In this document: positions 24,821 to 33,213 of the stretch, one piece after another
Numbering within the stretch: position 1 is the stretch's first letter
Layout of the letters: each line of letters starts with the position of its first letter
Source: a virus
Lineage: Duplodnaviria; Caudoviricetes
IMG/VR virus record: IMGVR_UViG_3300043178_000021
Coordinates: 1 to 57,878 of that record
DNA length: 57,878 nt
Strand: one strand, 5' to 3'
The notes under the pieces: model-generated
Told to the model about the DNA's origin: nothing
What the model saw: only the letters and a program-made list of their open reading frames with translations
The model's database searches: none
Position numbers and translations under genes: made by a program

Positions 24821-25459
24821 CTAGACGTTGTACTGCCGCTTCCAGCGCCACAGGCGCAGCAGCGACGCGAACATGGTGAAGTCGTGCGCATGCGTGTTGA
24901 GCGGTTCGCGCAGACGATAGGTTCCGTCCTTCCGAAGCAGAAGTGTGGCGCGGATGACCCCAAGCGGCAATAGATCCTTGCCGCGGAACTGGTTGCGCCT
25001 AGCCTCGGTGTAGGCGGCCAGTTGTAGATCGTATGCCGGGTGCCAGCCACCTGTCTTGATGTCCAGCAGGCACGGAACGCGCCGTGCTATCTCTGGGTGC
25101 GCAATGCTGTAGTAGTGCTGCAGCGTGCCGATTCTGTCAGGAGTCCCGGCGTACATGAGGGTAGGATGATAGGTGGGCTCCTCCGATTCGTCCCACAGCG
25201 GCTCGTGCTCCTCCCGAAAGCGGCGATACGCCTCCAAATAGGGCGCGTACTCCTCCGGCACTGCGCTGTCGTCGAGGTCGTCCTCGTCGAGCAGGCAAGT
25301 CGCCTTGTGTACCCAATCTCCCCGGGCGCGCGCCGCGTCCAGTAACTCCTCCGGCACCACGGTCCAGTTGGTGACTTGCTCCAACACGCGCGTGACGTTC
25401 GGGATGGCAACGCCGCCCACTGAGTAGGTGTGCGAAGCCTTGTCGAAGACTAGCGTCAC
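24821..25459 (-). CDS. PD-(D/E)XK exonuclease (Cas4/RecB-like)
   Basis: PNVTRVL, RGDWVH, YAGTPDRIG, LLDIKTG, QLAAY. Confidence 0.85.
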   Translation of the reverse strand: MTLVFDKASHTYSVGGVAIPNVTRVLEQVTNWTVVPEELLDAARARGDWVHKATCLLDEDDLDDSAVPEEYAPYLEAYRRFREEHEPLWDESEEPTYHPTLMYAGTPDRIGTLQHYYSIAHPEIARRVPCLLDIKTGGWHPAYDLQLAAYTEARRNQFRGKDLLPLGVIRATLLLRKDGTYRLREPLNTHAHDFTMFASLLRLWRWKRQYNV

Positions 25460-26385
25460 GCCGCTGTCGCCTCAGCGGCATCGGGCACGTACCCGGCGGG
25501 ATCGGCAAGGAACTTCTTGGCCTTGTTGAATTCGACTAGGGTCAGTCGGCCCAGCACAATGCCCGTGGCTCTCTGAAACTCCTCCTGGGTAATCGCAGCA
25601 GCCTCGAGCTTCTTGGTGATGTATGCCACCTCCCCTTCCGTCGCCGCGCGCCCTGGCGGCTCCTCGGATGGCGGCCTGTCGCCTTCTGGCGGGACGCCGC
25701 TCTTGCGCTGCGGAGGCGGCGGAGTGTCTTTCTTCGGCGGCTCGTCGGTATCCACGCCGACGATGTGATCGCGCAATTCGTCGGTAAGGTCCTCCAGGTC
25801 TTGATTGAAGGCGTCGCTGGCCGCCAGGACCGCGAGGGTCATGGCAATGTGCGCCCGTTTCACGGCCATCTTGAGGATGGTGTTGGCGAGGTCGGCCGGC
25901 TCAGTGCGCACTTGGAGCAGCTCGAACTCCTCACGCCGCTGCTTGTTGTACCCGAACTTAATGCGCCGCATGTCCTCCGGCGTGTTGTCCCATTCTTTGC
26001 GCGCCGCCCTGCGCCACTTGTATTTCTCCTCGTGGCTCGAGCACTCGCCGACACCCTCGCCAAGCGTGGCCCCGCTGAGTTGATGCACACCCTCCATAGT
26101 GATCCGGTAGCGCACCATACCCTTCACCGACAGGTCGTCGATCTGGCGGATGTGCGGTGCGATGCGGAAGGTCATGCACAGAAGTTCGGCTCCCGGCTTC
26201 CAGAGCGAGGGCTTGTCCGTGCCTGGGATCACGCCGTAGTGCTTATCCCGCACCATCACGTTGGCCATCACGGAGCGGATCAGCGCTACGTGCTGCGCCA
26301 CCTCGCCGATGCTCAATTTCTGCTCTGCCGCCCCTACCTGCATAGGCGATGGCTGCGCAATGACCTGGCCTGCGGACTCGTTCAT
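25456..26385 (-). CDS. Putative single-strand annealing protein (Rad52/Erf-like)
   Basis: HYGVIPGTDKPSLWKPGAE...GEGVGECSS...NTILKMAVKRA...FNQDLED; paired with the exonuclease. Confidence 0.65.
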   Translation of the reverse strand: MNESAGQVIAQPSPMQVGAAEQKLSIGEVAQHVALIRSVMANVMVRDKHYGVIPGTDKPSLWKPGAELLCMTFRIAPHIRQIDDLSVKGMVRYRITMEGVHQLSGATLGEGVGECSSHEEKYKWRRAARKEWDNTPEDMRRIKFGYNKQRREEFELLQVRTEPADLANTILKMAVKRAHIAMTLAVLAASDAFNQDLEDLTDELRDHIVGVDTDEPPKKDTPPPPQRKSGVPPEGDRPPSEEPPGRAATEGEVAYITKKLEAAAITQEEFQRATGIVLGRLTLVEFNKAKKFLADPAGYVPDAAEATAA

Positions 26386-26759
26386 GCGGATGCTCCTGTG
26401 AGTTTGGCACGGTTCTGGAGTTGGGCAAGCAGATGCGCCTCCAGGGTTTCAATCTGCGCATCGCTCATCAACCCATAGAGCGGCGCGCCGGATGCGTACA
26501 CGGCCAGGACTTCCACGAGCGGATCGGCCGAGCCGATTCCCGTCTCGTCGGCCGGGTAGTAGATGTAGGGCACCTGAGCGTGGACAGTGGCCGCCAAACC
26601 CTGCACCGTGAGCGTCACAGCAATCTCGGCCACCGGAGCGTGCTCCAAGATCTGATTGTGTTGCGCGCGATGGCGCATGCTGGATAGGTCCACCGCATTG
26701 CGCTTGAGTAGTTTCGTGATCCGCCGCAAGCCCTTCAGAGTGATGGCTTCCACGATCAT
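26382..26759 (-). CDS. Hypothetical protein
   Basis: Coupled ORF in the leftward operon. Confidence 0.65.
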   Translation of the reverse strand: MIVEAITLKGLRRITKLLKRNAVDLSSMRHRAQHNQILEHAPVAEIAVTLTVQGLAATVHAQVPYIYYPADETGIGSADPLVEVLAVYASGAPLYGLMSDAQIETLEAHLLAQLQNRAKLTGASA

Positions 26760-27043
26760 TACCTCACGCGACGCAACAGCCGATCGGCGGCTGGCGATTT
26801 AGTACACCAGACTTCGACGTAGGTCTGTCCTTCGCTCCAGCGGGCGTGTACGTTGACCTGTTGGTAGGTCGTATCGTCCAGGCGGCAGTCCAGGGGGTGC
26901 AGGTCGAGTGGGGAGGATTGCCCAGGCAGGTATATCCGTCCGTGCGGCAAATCCACTAACTGCGTATCTGTGCGCGCGCTGCGCGCCCCCATGTAGAGCA
27001 GCATGAGCGCAAAAGAACACACCAGCACGAACAAGGCGCGCAT
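26759..27043 (-). CDS. Hypothetical membrane-anchored protein
   Basis: SD AGGAGG; N-terminal TM segment. Confidence 0.65.
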   Translation of the reverse strand: MRALFVLVCSFALMLLYMGARSARTDTQLVDLPHGRIYLPGQSSPLDLHPLDCRLDDTTYQQVNVHARWSEGQTYVEVWCTKSPAADRLLRRVR

Positions 27044-27062
27044 AGCACCCTCCTGAGCAGCA

Positions 27063-27126
27063 AGTTTGCGTTGCGAGGCGCAAACTGTCAAGATGGGATT
27101 GCATTTCTCGCTCAATTTTGTATGCT
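27063..27126. promoter_or_regulatory. Divergent sigma70-like promoters with a palindromic operator
   Basis: Minus strand TTGACA(27091-27086)-N17-CAAACT; plus strand TTGCAT(27099)-N16-TATGCT(27121); inverted repeat AGTTTGCG-N8-CGCAAACT at 27063-27086. Confidence 0.65.
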
Positions 27127-27150
27127 GGCGCTGTTATCTGTGGAGGGTGT

Positions 27151-27405
27151 ATGAACGCTAGGAAGAAAGCGCGAACGGTGGGGCAACGCATGCAGGGCGC
27201 CTGTCGTCTGGCGGTCCGCAAGATGGGTGGCCAGTCCGAAGCGGCTCGCCGACTTACGAAAGCGGCCGGCAGGCGAATCTCGAGACAGGCCGTTGGGCAG
27301 TGGTGCAAGGTGCCGGATTCGTGGTTGGTCGTCGTCGAGCGGCTTTCCGGGATTCCCCGCGAGCAACTGCGCCCGGACCTGGCCGCCCTAGCCATGCGCA
27401 AGTAG
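27151..27405 (+). CDS. Cro/YdaS-like HTH regulator
   Basis: GGQSEAARRL...ISRQAVGQW..VP...IPREQLRPDL; SD GGAGG. Confidence 0.85.
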   Translation: MNARKKARTVGQRMQGACRLAVRKMGGQSEAARRLTKAAGRRISRQAVGQWCKVPDSWLVVVERLSGIPREQLRPDLAALAMRK

Positions 27406-27414
27406 CGCCCGGCC

Positions 27415-28218
27415 ATGCCCACTAGGATTCTCCGGGCCGAGCTGTTGGATTCCGAGGCGTGGTTAAGCCTCAAGGACAACGCAGACCGGGCAGCCTGGAT
27501 CTCCTGCTTCCTTTCGGTGGACACGCTGGGCAACATGCCGGCCGGCACCTACCGGCTCATCAAGCTCTGGCGCTGCTACGGCATCGAAACCCCGGAAAAG
27601 ATCGCCAAGGTTCTGGCCGAATTGGCCGATGTAGACCTGGTTCGACTGTACGAAATCGACGGCAAACCATTCCTGCATATCCCGCGTTTCGGGCAGTCTA
27701 GGCGCTATCTAGGCCATGTTTGGCCGCTTTCTCCGTGGAACACAGAAGAAGAAAAACAAATGGTTGCGCGAAAAGCTCCTGTGAACCGCAGGTGTGCTCG
27801 GGCGACGCACGGTGAACCGCCCCTAGGGGTAGGGGTAGGGGTAGGGGTAGAAGTAACTACTACCAGCCTTACTCTAACGAGTAAGGCTGGTCGTCAGAAC
27901 TCGCGTTCTGACCCGCCCCCGCCTGTGGATCAAGTCCCCTACGCCAAGATCGTCGATTTGTACCATCGAATGCTCCCGGAACTGCCGCGGGTGGTGAGGC
28001 TGAGCGAAGCCAGGAAGGGGCAAATACGCGCTCGCTGGAAGGGCAAGGACGCCGAGGACCTGAGCGACTGGGAGGCGTTCTTCGGGTTCGTGCGCAAATC
28101 CAAGTTCCTGATGGGGGCGGGCACGCCCAGGGACGGGCGCAAGCCGTTCCGGGCCGATCTACCCTGGCTGATCCGTGAGGAAAATTTCCTGAAGGTGCTG
28201 GAGGGGCGCTATGAGTAG
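27415..28218 (+). CDS. Phage replication initiator (lambda O-like architecture)
   Basis: N-terminal wHTH-like region, low-complexity middle, C-terminal LP.V..LSEARK..IRARW...ADLPWLI...NFLKVLEGRY. Confidence 0.8.
   Translation: MPTRILRAELLDSEAWLSLKDNADRAAWISCFLSVDTLGNMPAGTYRLIKLWRCYGIETPEKIAKVLAELADVDLVRLYEIDGKPFLHIPRFGQSRRYLGHVWPLSPWNTEEEKQMVARKAPVNRRCARATHGEPPLGVGVGVGVEVTTTSLTLTSKAGRQNSRSDPPPPVDQVPYAKIVDLYHRMLPELPRVVRLSEARKGQIRARWKGKDAEDLSDWEAFFGFVRKSKFLMGAGTPRDGRKPFRADLPWLIREENFLKVLEGRYE
27781..27891. other. Probable replication origin inside the initiator gene
   Basis: GTGAACCGC direct repeat (27781, 27812); (TAGGGG)x4 at 27824-27847; perfect 13-bp hairpin at 27862-27891. Confidence 0.6.
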
Positions 28219-28561
28219 TATCAAGCGAAAGCTCGAGTCGCAATCGGTCCCCGGAATAATCGCGGTCACGCAGCGCAGTGAGTTGGCGGACGCGGTCGAG
28301 GCGGTGCGACAGGGGCGGGAAGCCGACGCGGCGCGGGCCGCTGCGGCCTACTGCGCGCAGCGGGGGCTTGCCGATGTCGCGCAGATGCGCGCATTCATCG
28401 CGCAGTTGCGCAGACCTGATCCGTTGGCGTGGGCGCGCAGGGTGGTGCGCCGGCATGAGCGCGGCTATCCCGTCGCGCCGTTGGCGCTGGAGCGCTCGCG
28501 CGCGGCGCTTGTCGCGGCCGCTCGGCAGCGCGGGGATCGAGAGCCGGGAGAGGAAGGTTGA
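28211..28561 (+). CDS. Hypothetical protein
   Basis: Overlaps the initiator stop; DPLAWARR and REPGEEG motifs. Confidence 0.7.
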   Translation: MSSIKRKLESQSVPGIIAVTQRSELADAVEAVRQGREADAARAAAAYCAQRGLADVAQMRAFIAQLRRPDPLAWARRVVRRHERGYPVAPLALERSRAALVAAARQRGDREPGEEG

Positions 28562-29031
28562 GCAAGGTTTACGGACATGTGACCAACGTGCGCGCGGTAG
28601 ACTCGCGCAGCGTGAGCCAGATCATTGTCGAGGTCGATCTAGCGGCGCACGTGGCGGTCACGCAGATGCTGTTCGGCAAGGACGTGCTGCTCGAGCTCGC
28701 CCCGAAAGTCTACGGGGCGTATGGCGTGATCGCTCATGCGCAGGCGATCGAGCCGCCCCGGCCCAAAACCGGTGGGGAGTTGTGCAAGTGGGCCGGCATT
28801 CTGTGCGCAGATCCCGATTTCCAGACGTGGCTGCAGGACCGGTTTCGCGCGGATTGGCCACAGGCCGCAGACCGCGAGGAAGCTGCGGCCGCGATGGTGC
28901 GGGAGGCGTGCAACGTCAGTTCGCGGCGCGAGTTGGATCAAACCCCGGAGGCCGGGCGGATCTTCCGCGAGCAGTTCATGCGGCCGTTCAACGATTTCAT
29001 GCAGGGCAAACCCTTGGGCAATCCCGCCTGA
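28558..29031 (+). CDS. Hypothetical phage protein
   Basis: AGILCADPDFQTWL...CNVSSRRELD motif. Confidence 0.7.
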   Translation: MSKVYGHVTNVRAVDSRSVSQIIVEVDLAAHVAVTQMLFGKDVLLELAPKVYGAYGVIAHAQAIEPPRPKTGGELCKWAGILCADPDFQTWLQDRFRADWPQAADREEAAAAMVREACNVSSRRELDQTPEAGRIFREQFMRPFNDFMQGKPLGNPA

Positions 29032-29049
29032 GCGAAACGAGGAGAACGT

Positions 29050-29352
29050 ATGCGTTACATTACGAGGCAGATCGAAGTCGATGCGTGGAGAATCGAGGAG
29101 GTTTCCGGAGGGCAGCAGGCGCCGGGCAACCCAGCAGCACTGCTCCTGGAAGACGGCAGGGTGGTCGAGGTCGCAAGCGACATGACAGCGCGCATGTGGC
29201 CGGCGCCGGGCGACTACCTGGTGCAGGCGCCGCAACCGAACGTGGTGTACCTGTCCTTGAATCCGAAAGCGGTTTTCGAGTCCCGGTACATGACGATTCA
29301 GCAGGGCCCGACGACCGAAGACGATGCTCCAGTCCCTGCGCACCAAGGTTAG
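29050..29352 (+). CDS. Hypothetical protein
   Basis: SD GAGGAG; PGDYLV...LNPKAVFESRY. Confidence 0.7.
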   Translation: MRYITRQIEVDAWRIEEVSGGQQAPGNPAALLLEDGRVVEVASDMTARMWPAPGDYLVQAPQPNVVYLSLNPKAVFESRYMTIQQGPTTEDDAPVPAHQG

Positions 29353-29665
29353 CCGCCTGCGGCACGCGCCACGGGGCCGGCCTTGCGTGATCTGCCAAAG
29401 CGTGGGGACAACCGTGCTGGCGCACTGCAACGACCAGGAGTTTCGTGGCATCGGCCTTAAGTCGCCTGATATCCTGGGCGCGCATCTGTGCCAAAGCTGC
29501 CACGATTTTGTAGACGGGCGTACCAAAGGGACTACCAGGGAGCAACGTCGAGCTCTGTGGGACCTGGCGTTCAAGCGCACGATCCTACGGCTGTGGGAGG
29601 CTGGAATCCTAGGGGTTGACAAGCCAAGTCCAGGCTCAGAGAATTCCAACACCATGCTGAGGTAA
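29324..29665 (+). CDS. DUF1364/YbcO-like Zn-binding putative nuclease
   Basis: RGRPCVIC..TTVLAH...GIGLKSPD..GAHLCQSCHDFVDGR. Confidence 0.8.
   Translation: MLQSLRTKVSRLRHAPRGRPCVICQSVGTTVLAHCNDQEFRGIGLKSPDILGAHLCQSCHDFVDGRTKGTTREQRRALWDLAFKRTILRLWEAGILGVDKPSPGSENSNTMLR
29616..29644 (+). promoter_or_regulatory. Putative late promoter
   Basis: TTGACA-N17-GAGAAT. Confidence 0.55.
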
Positions 29666-29674
29666 CCCCGTCCC

Positions 29675-29709
29675 GGCCCATCGCGCATGCGCGCCTGGGT
29701 CGTTTTTTT
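29675..29709 (+). terminator. Intrinsic terminator
   Basis: GGCCCA..GCGC/GCGC..TGGGTC hairpin followed by T7. Confidence 0.7.
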
Positions 29710-29725
29710 CAGGAGACACCAGCCA

Positions 29726-29845
29726 ATGAAGAAAAACCCGGCCAAGCCCAAGAAGGGCAAGCCCGCCCCGAAGCCGATGCCCGAGGACATGGCCTACATG
29801 CACGGCGGTAAGGTGGGCGGGAGGAAGTCCAAGAAGGGCTGCTGA
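29726..29845 (+). CDS. 39-aa Lys/Pro-rich peptide with an HGGKV motif
   Basis: SD AGGAG; MKKNPAKPKKGKPAPKPMPEDMAYMHGGKVGGRKSKKGC. Confidence 0.7.
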   Translation: MKKNPAKPKKGKPAPKPMPEDMAYMHGGKVGGRKSKKGC

Positions 29846-29857
29846 GGGGAGTTCGTC

Positions 29858-30286
29858 ATGGGCGCTCTGAGTAGGGTACTGCGTGCGTTAAGCTCCTTCG
29901 ACGGCGAGGAGGAGGCGATCAAGTCCACGAACAACGCGCTGCACGTCGCCGACTTTGGTGACCACCCGGGCGAGGACGGACTGCTCGACCGCACCTGGGG
30001 CGGTGGCCTCGCTTACGCCAGCGCGCTCATCACGGGCGATACCCTGATCTACACCGGCGCAAATGCTATCGCCGGCTACTGCGTGCATGTGGCCACCGCA
30101 ACGGCCGCAATCGAGTTGCGCGACGCAACGTCCGCTGGCAGCGGGACGGTGCGCGTGACGATTCCAGCCGGCAAAGCGATTGGGGAGTATCTGTTCCCCC
30201 AGGCCATCAACTGCGACACCGGCATCTATGCCGACTACGCGGCCTCCGCTACCGGGACCATCAGCATTCTGCGAGTCAAGCCGTAA
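29858..30286 (+). CDS. Putative virion decoration protein
   Basis: Small jelly-roll-like C-terminus (IELRDATS...INCDTGIYA). Confidence 0.6.
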   Translation: MGALSRVLRALSSFDGEEEAIKSTNNALHVADFGDHPGEDGLLDRTWGGGLAYASALITGDTLIYTGANAIAGYCVHVATATAAIELRDATSAGSGTVRVTIPAGKAIGEYLFPQAINCDTGIYADYAASATGTISILRVKP

Positions 30287-30298
30287 GGCGCCATTCGT

Positions 30299-31618
30299 GT
30301 GCCGTTCTTCATCGACCCGTCTCGATCAGTCAACGGCTCGGGGACCGAGACAAGTCCCTACAACGTAGTACCCACGATCTCCAGCGGGAACGTCTACCTG
30401 TTCAAGCGCGGCACTCGCCATCGCGGGGCGACGGTCCTGATCCCGGACGGCAGTGTAGGGGTCACGCTAGGCGCCTACGGCACTGGCGAGATGTTGCCCA
30501 TCATCGACGGGGCAAACCAGAGAATTGCTGTGCGCTTCGGTATCAACGCATCGCTGTGCGTGGCCGAGGATCTGGAAGTCCTCGGCTCTAGCAGCTCGAC
30601 ACAGAACACAATCGGCATTTACATTGGATCGAACGAAATGACCCGCGCCATGAACTGCACGGTGCGGCGTTGTGTGATCCACGACATCGTCGGCAACGGC
30701 TTCGGCGACTGCAATTTAATGCAGGTGTTCGGAAGCGACTGCGTCGTGGAGGACAACTGTTTCTACAATGCCCCGGACGACGCATGCTGGCAGAACGGGC
30801 CAAATTTCGTTTTCCGCCGCAACAAGGTTGTCGCTGTTGGGTTAAAGGCCGGCATCACTGGAGACGGGTTGCAGCTTTCCGGCAGCACCGGCGGCGGCGG
30901 AAGCTTTCGCATCGAGGACAACTACATTGAGACGCTCAACGCAGAGAAGCAAGCCATCATCATTTCCGGCGCAAGCGCAGGCTCTGGCGGCATCATCCGC
31001 GGGAATCGCGTGATTTTCCCGTATGCCACTGGCGGCCAGGCGGCGATCTTTAACGACCAGCCAAATGTGCGCATCGAGGGCAACCGAATCTCCGGCGGCT
31101 ACATGGGCATCTTTGTGGACACCACCGGGACGAACTGCGTTGTGCGCGGTAACGTCATCGACAACTCCTATCGAGGCATTCAACCGGCAGCGGCCGGGAG
31201 CAAGCTGCACAACAACACAATCCTGTACGCGAAAGGTCAAGGCATTCAACAGTCGCTCGCCGACGCAACGACGGAGATCAAAAATAACATCGTCTACGGA
31301 TGCCAGAGTGGCATCCATTGCCGCGGCGAAGTGGCGCGCGATTACAACTGCTACTACGCCACAATCGGCGCCAACTTCGTCAGCACAGGCGGGGGCGGCA
31401 GCATCGACGCGCATGCAGTGCTTAGCGATCCGCAGTTCGATGAGCGGTACGCGCCGCTCAACGTCTTGGTGTCAGAGGGCGGAACGTTCATCGCTGGTGT
31501 CGATCACTACGGTAAGCCCTACCGCCTACCGATGGCGATTGGGGCGGTAGTGCCGCAGCCGCAACGCTCAGTGGCGTCCAGCAGATCGGCGGTGGTACGC
31601 AGAGGAGTGCGCGGGTGA
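30299..31618 (+). CDS. Right-handed parallel beta-helix (pectate-lyase-like) protein
   Basis: YLFKRG, LGAYGTG.LPIIDG and repeated I.GN.I rungs. Confidence 0.85.
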   Translation: MPFFIDPSRSVNGSGTETSPYNVVPTISSGNVYLFKRGTRHRGATVLIPDGSVGVTLGAYGTGEMLPIIDGANQRIAVRFGINASLCVAEDLEVLGSSSSTQNTIGIYIGSNEMTRAMNCTVRRCVIHDIVGNGFGDCNLMQVFGSDCVVEDNCFYNAPDDACWQNGPNFVFRRNKVVAVGLKAGITGDGLQLSGSTGGGGSFRIEDNYIETLNAEKQAIIISGASAGSGGIIRGNRVIFPYATGGQAAIFNDQPNVRIEGNRISGGYMGIFVDTTGTNCVVRGNVIDNSYRGIQPAAAGSKLHNNTILYAKGQGIQQSLADATTEIKNNIVYGCQSGIHCRGEVARDYNCYYATIGANFVSTGGGGSIDAHAVLSDPQFDERYAPLNVLVSEGGTFIAGVDHYGKPYRLPMAIGAVVPQPQRSVASSRSAVVRRGVRG

Positions 31619-33201
31619 GCACTTGGCACGTGCGGCCGGATACTTCCCATAGTGGCACGCGAGACGGCACTTCCTACGCGACGGCGTGGGGTGGGTGGGG
31701 CGAGATTGTGTGGGGCGGCGGGGGTGTCGTGGGCGGCGATACGCTCAACGTATACGGCACCCATCTGCGCAGCACCTCGGTTGCTGTTGGAGCGCATGGC
31801 GCGACCAGCGAGGCCACGCGCGTGACGATCCGCGGCATCGACAATGCGGCGATAATCTTCAGCGGGGCTAGCTACTTCGAGAACGCTCGCGCGTGGACCA
31901 CGGTTGATGGCTTGACGATATTCGCCGGCACGAATGTCTGCATTTTCGTGACGGACACAGCAGCGAACTCGGTCTACTCACGAAACATTCTTAACGCAAA
32001 CGGCGCTGTCGCCTTTTCGATCTATGCGATTAACGGCCAGGATCACGCGGACATCACGATCCAGGGCAACACGTTTCGCGGTAGTGCGCCGACACTTGGC
32101 AATGGTGCTGCAATCGCGTGGTTCGTCTACGACACCTCTGCGCTGTCCACGCTCACGCGCTGCACGATCTCGGAGAATGTGTTTGACGGATTCAGTGCTG
32201 GGCGTGCGGTCATTCACCTGCGGACCGCAAACGACGTAGACATCGGCAGCAAGATGGTGGACTTGGTGATTGAAGGTAATCACTTCAACGATTGCCGCGG
32301 GATACTCATCGAAGCCAACCACGGACACGCAACCTATGGCGTTGGGTCCGGTGTTCGCGTTCGCGGGAACTTCGCAAACGGCAGATGTCTGGAATCGATT
32401 GCCGAAGCTGGCGCTGGCGGGTTCGTCTCTCTGCGGGGCTTCGGCCCGTCTGCTAATGGCGCCTTCGGGCCGAACTTGGTTTGCGACAACACGGCGGACT
32501 CGATTCAAGGTGCGGCCGGGTTCGCGAACGTGTTCTACGGGACCTATAACGTCATCCACAACGAGGTCGCCGAGATCGACACGACCACCATCGATGGGTG
32601 CGGCTTGCTGTTCGATCACCTTGCTCAAAATTGCTATGCACGCGGCAACAAGTTCAAGCGCATTCTCGGCAAGGCTGGTGTAGCGAACTCCGGGGTGGGT
32701 ATCATGGTGTTGGATGCGACGAATATCGTCTGCGAGGGCAACATCTTCGACGACTGCCTTTATGGTATTCACTTCGGCGACTCTGGTGGCGGGCAGTCCT
32801 GCACCATTCGCAACAACGTGTTCATTGGCGTGCGGCTGGCGGGTGTCTACGCAACCGCCAGTGCTGCGCTAGGCAACTGCGCTGTGCATAACAATCATTT
32901 CGCCGGTGACGGATACTCCGTGCAGGATCTGAGCGCTGTGAGTTGGACGGCCGAGAACTACAACAACTTTTACGGCTTCGCCCTGGGTACACTAGCGCAC
33001 ACGCTAGGCGGGAACGACACCGCGCTGGACGCACAACTCGATGCCGATTATCTGCCGCGCACTGAGGCGCTGATGAGCGCGGGCACTCCAATCGCCGGGA
33101 TGGATTTCTATGGCAAGCCGTTTCGTCTGCCGACCCCAATCGGCGCGGTGCAGCCGTCCCAGCGGCGTGGCGCCAACAACTTGCGCGGGTTGGCGGCGTA
33201 G
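31615..33201 (+). CDS. Second right-handed beta-helix protein
   Basis: DGTSYATAW start, I.GN.F rungs, C-terminus paralogous to the upstream gene. Confidence 0.85.
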   Translation: MSTWHVRPDTSHSGTRDGTSYATAWGGWGEIVWGGGGVVGGDTLNVYGTHLRSTSVAVGAHGATSEATRVTIRGIDNAAIIFSGASYFENARAWTTVDGLTIFAGTNVCIFVTDTAANSVYSRNILNANGAVAFSIYAINGQDHADITIQGNTFRGSAPTLGNGAAIAWFVYDTSALSTLTRCTISENVFDGFSAGRAVIHLRTANDVDIGSKMVDLVIEGNHFNDCRGILIEANHGHATYGVGSGVRVRGNFANGRCLESIAEAGAGGFVSLRGFGPSANGAFGPNLVCDNTADSIQGAAGFANVFYGTYNVIHNEVAEIDTTTIDGCGLLFDHLAQNCYARGNKFKRILGKAGVANSGVGIMVLDATNIVCEGNIFDDCLYGIHFGDSGGGQSCTIRNNVFIGVRLAGVYATASAALGNCAVHNNHFAGDGYSVQDLSAVSWTAENYNNFYGFALGTLAHTLGGNDTALDAQLDADYLPRTEALMSAGTPIAGMDFYGKPFRLPTPIGAVQPSQRRGANNLRGLAA

Positions 33202-33213
33202 CTTGGGGGGCAG

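Noticed and set aside
24821-25459. Cas4 of a CRISPR system
   Set aside because: Context is an exonuclease plus annealing-protein recombination block; no array or other cas genes
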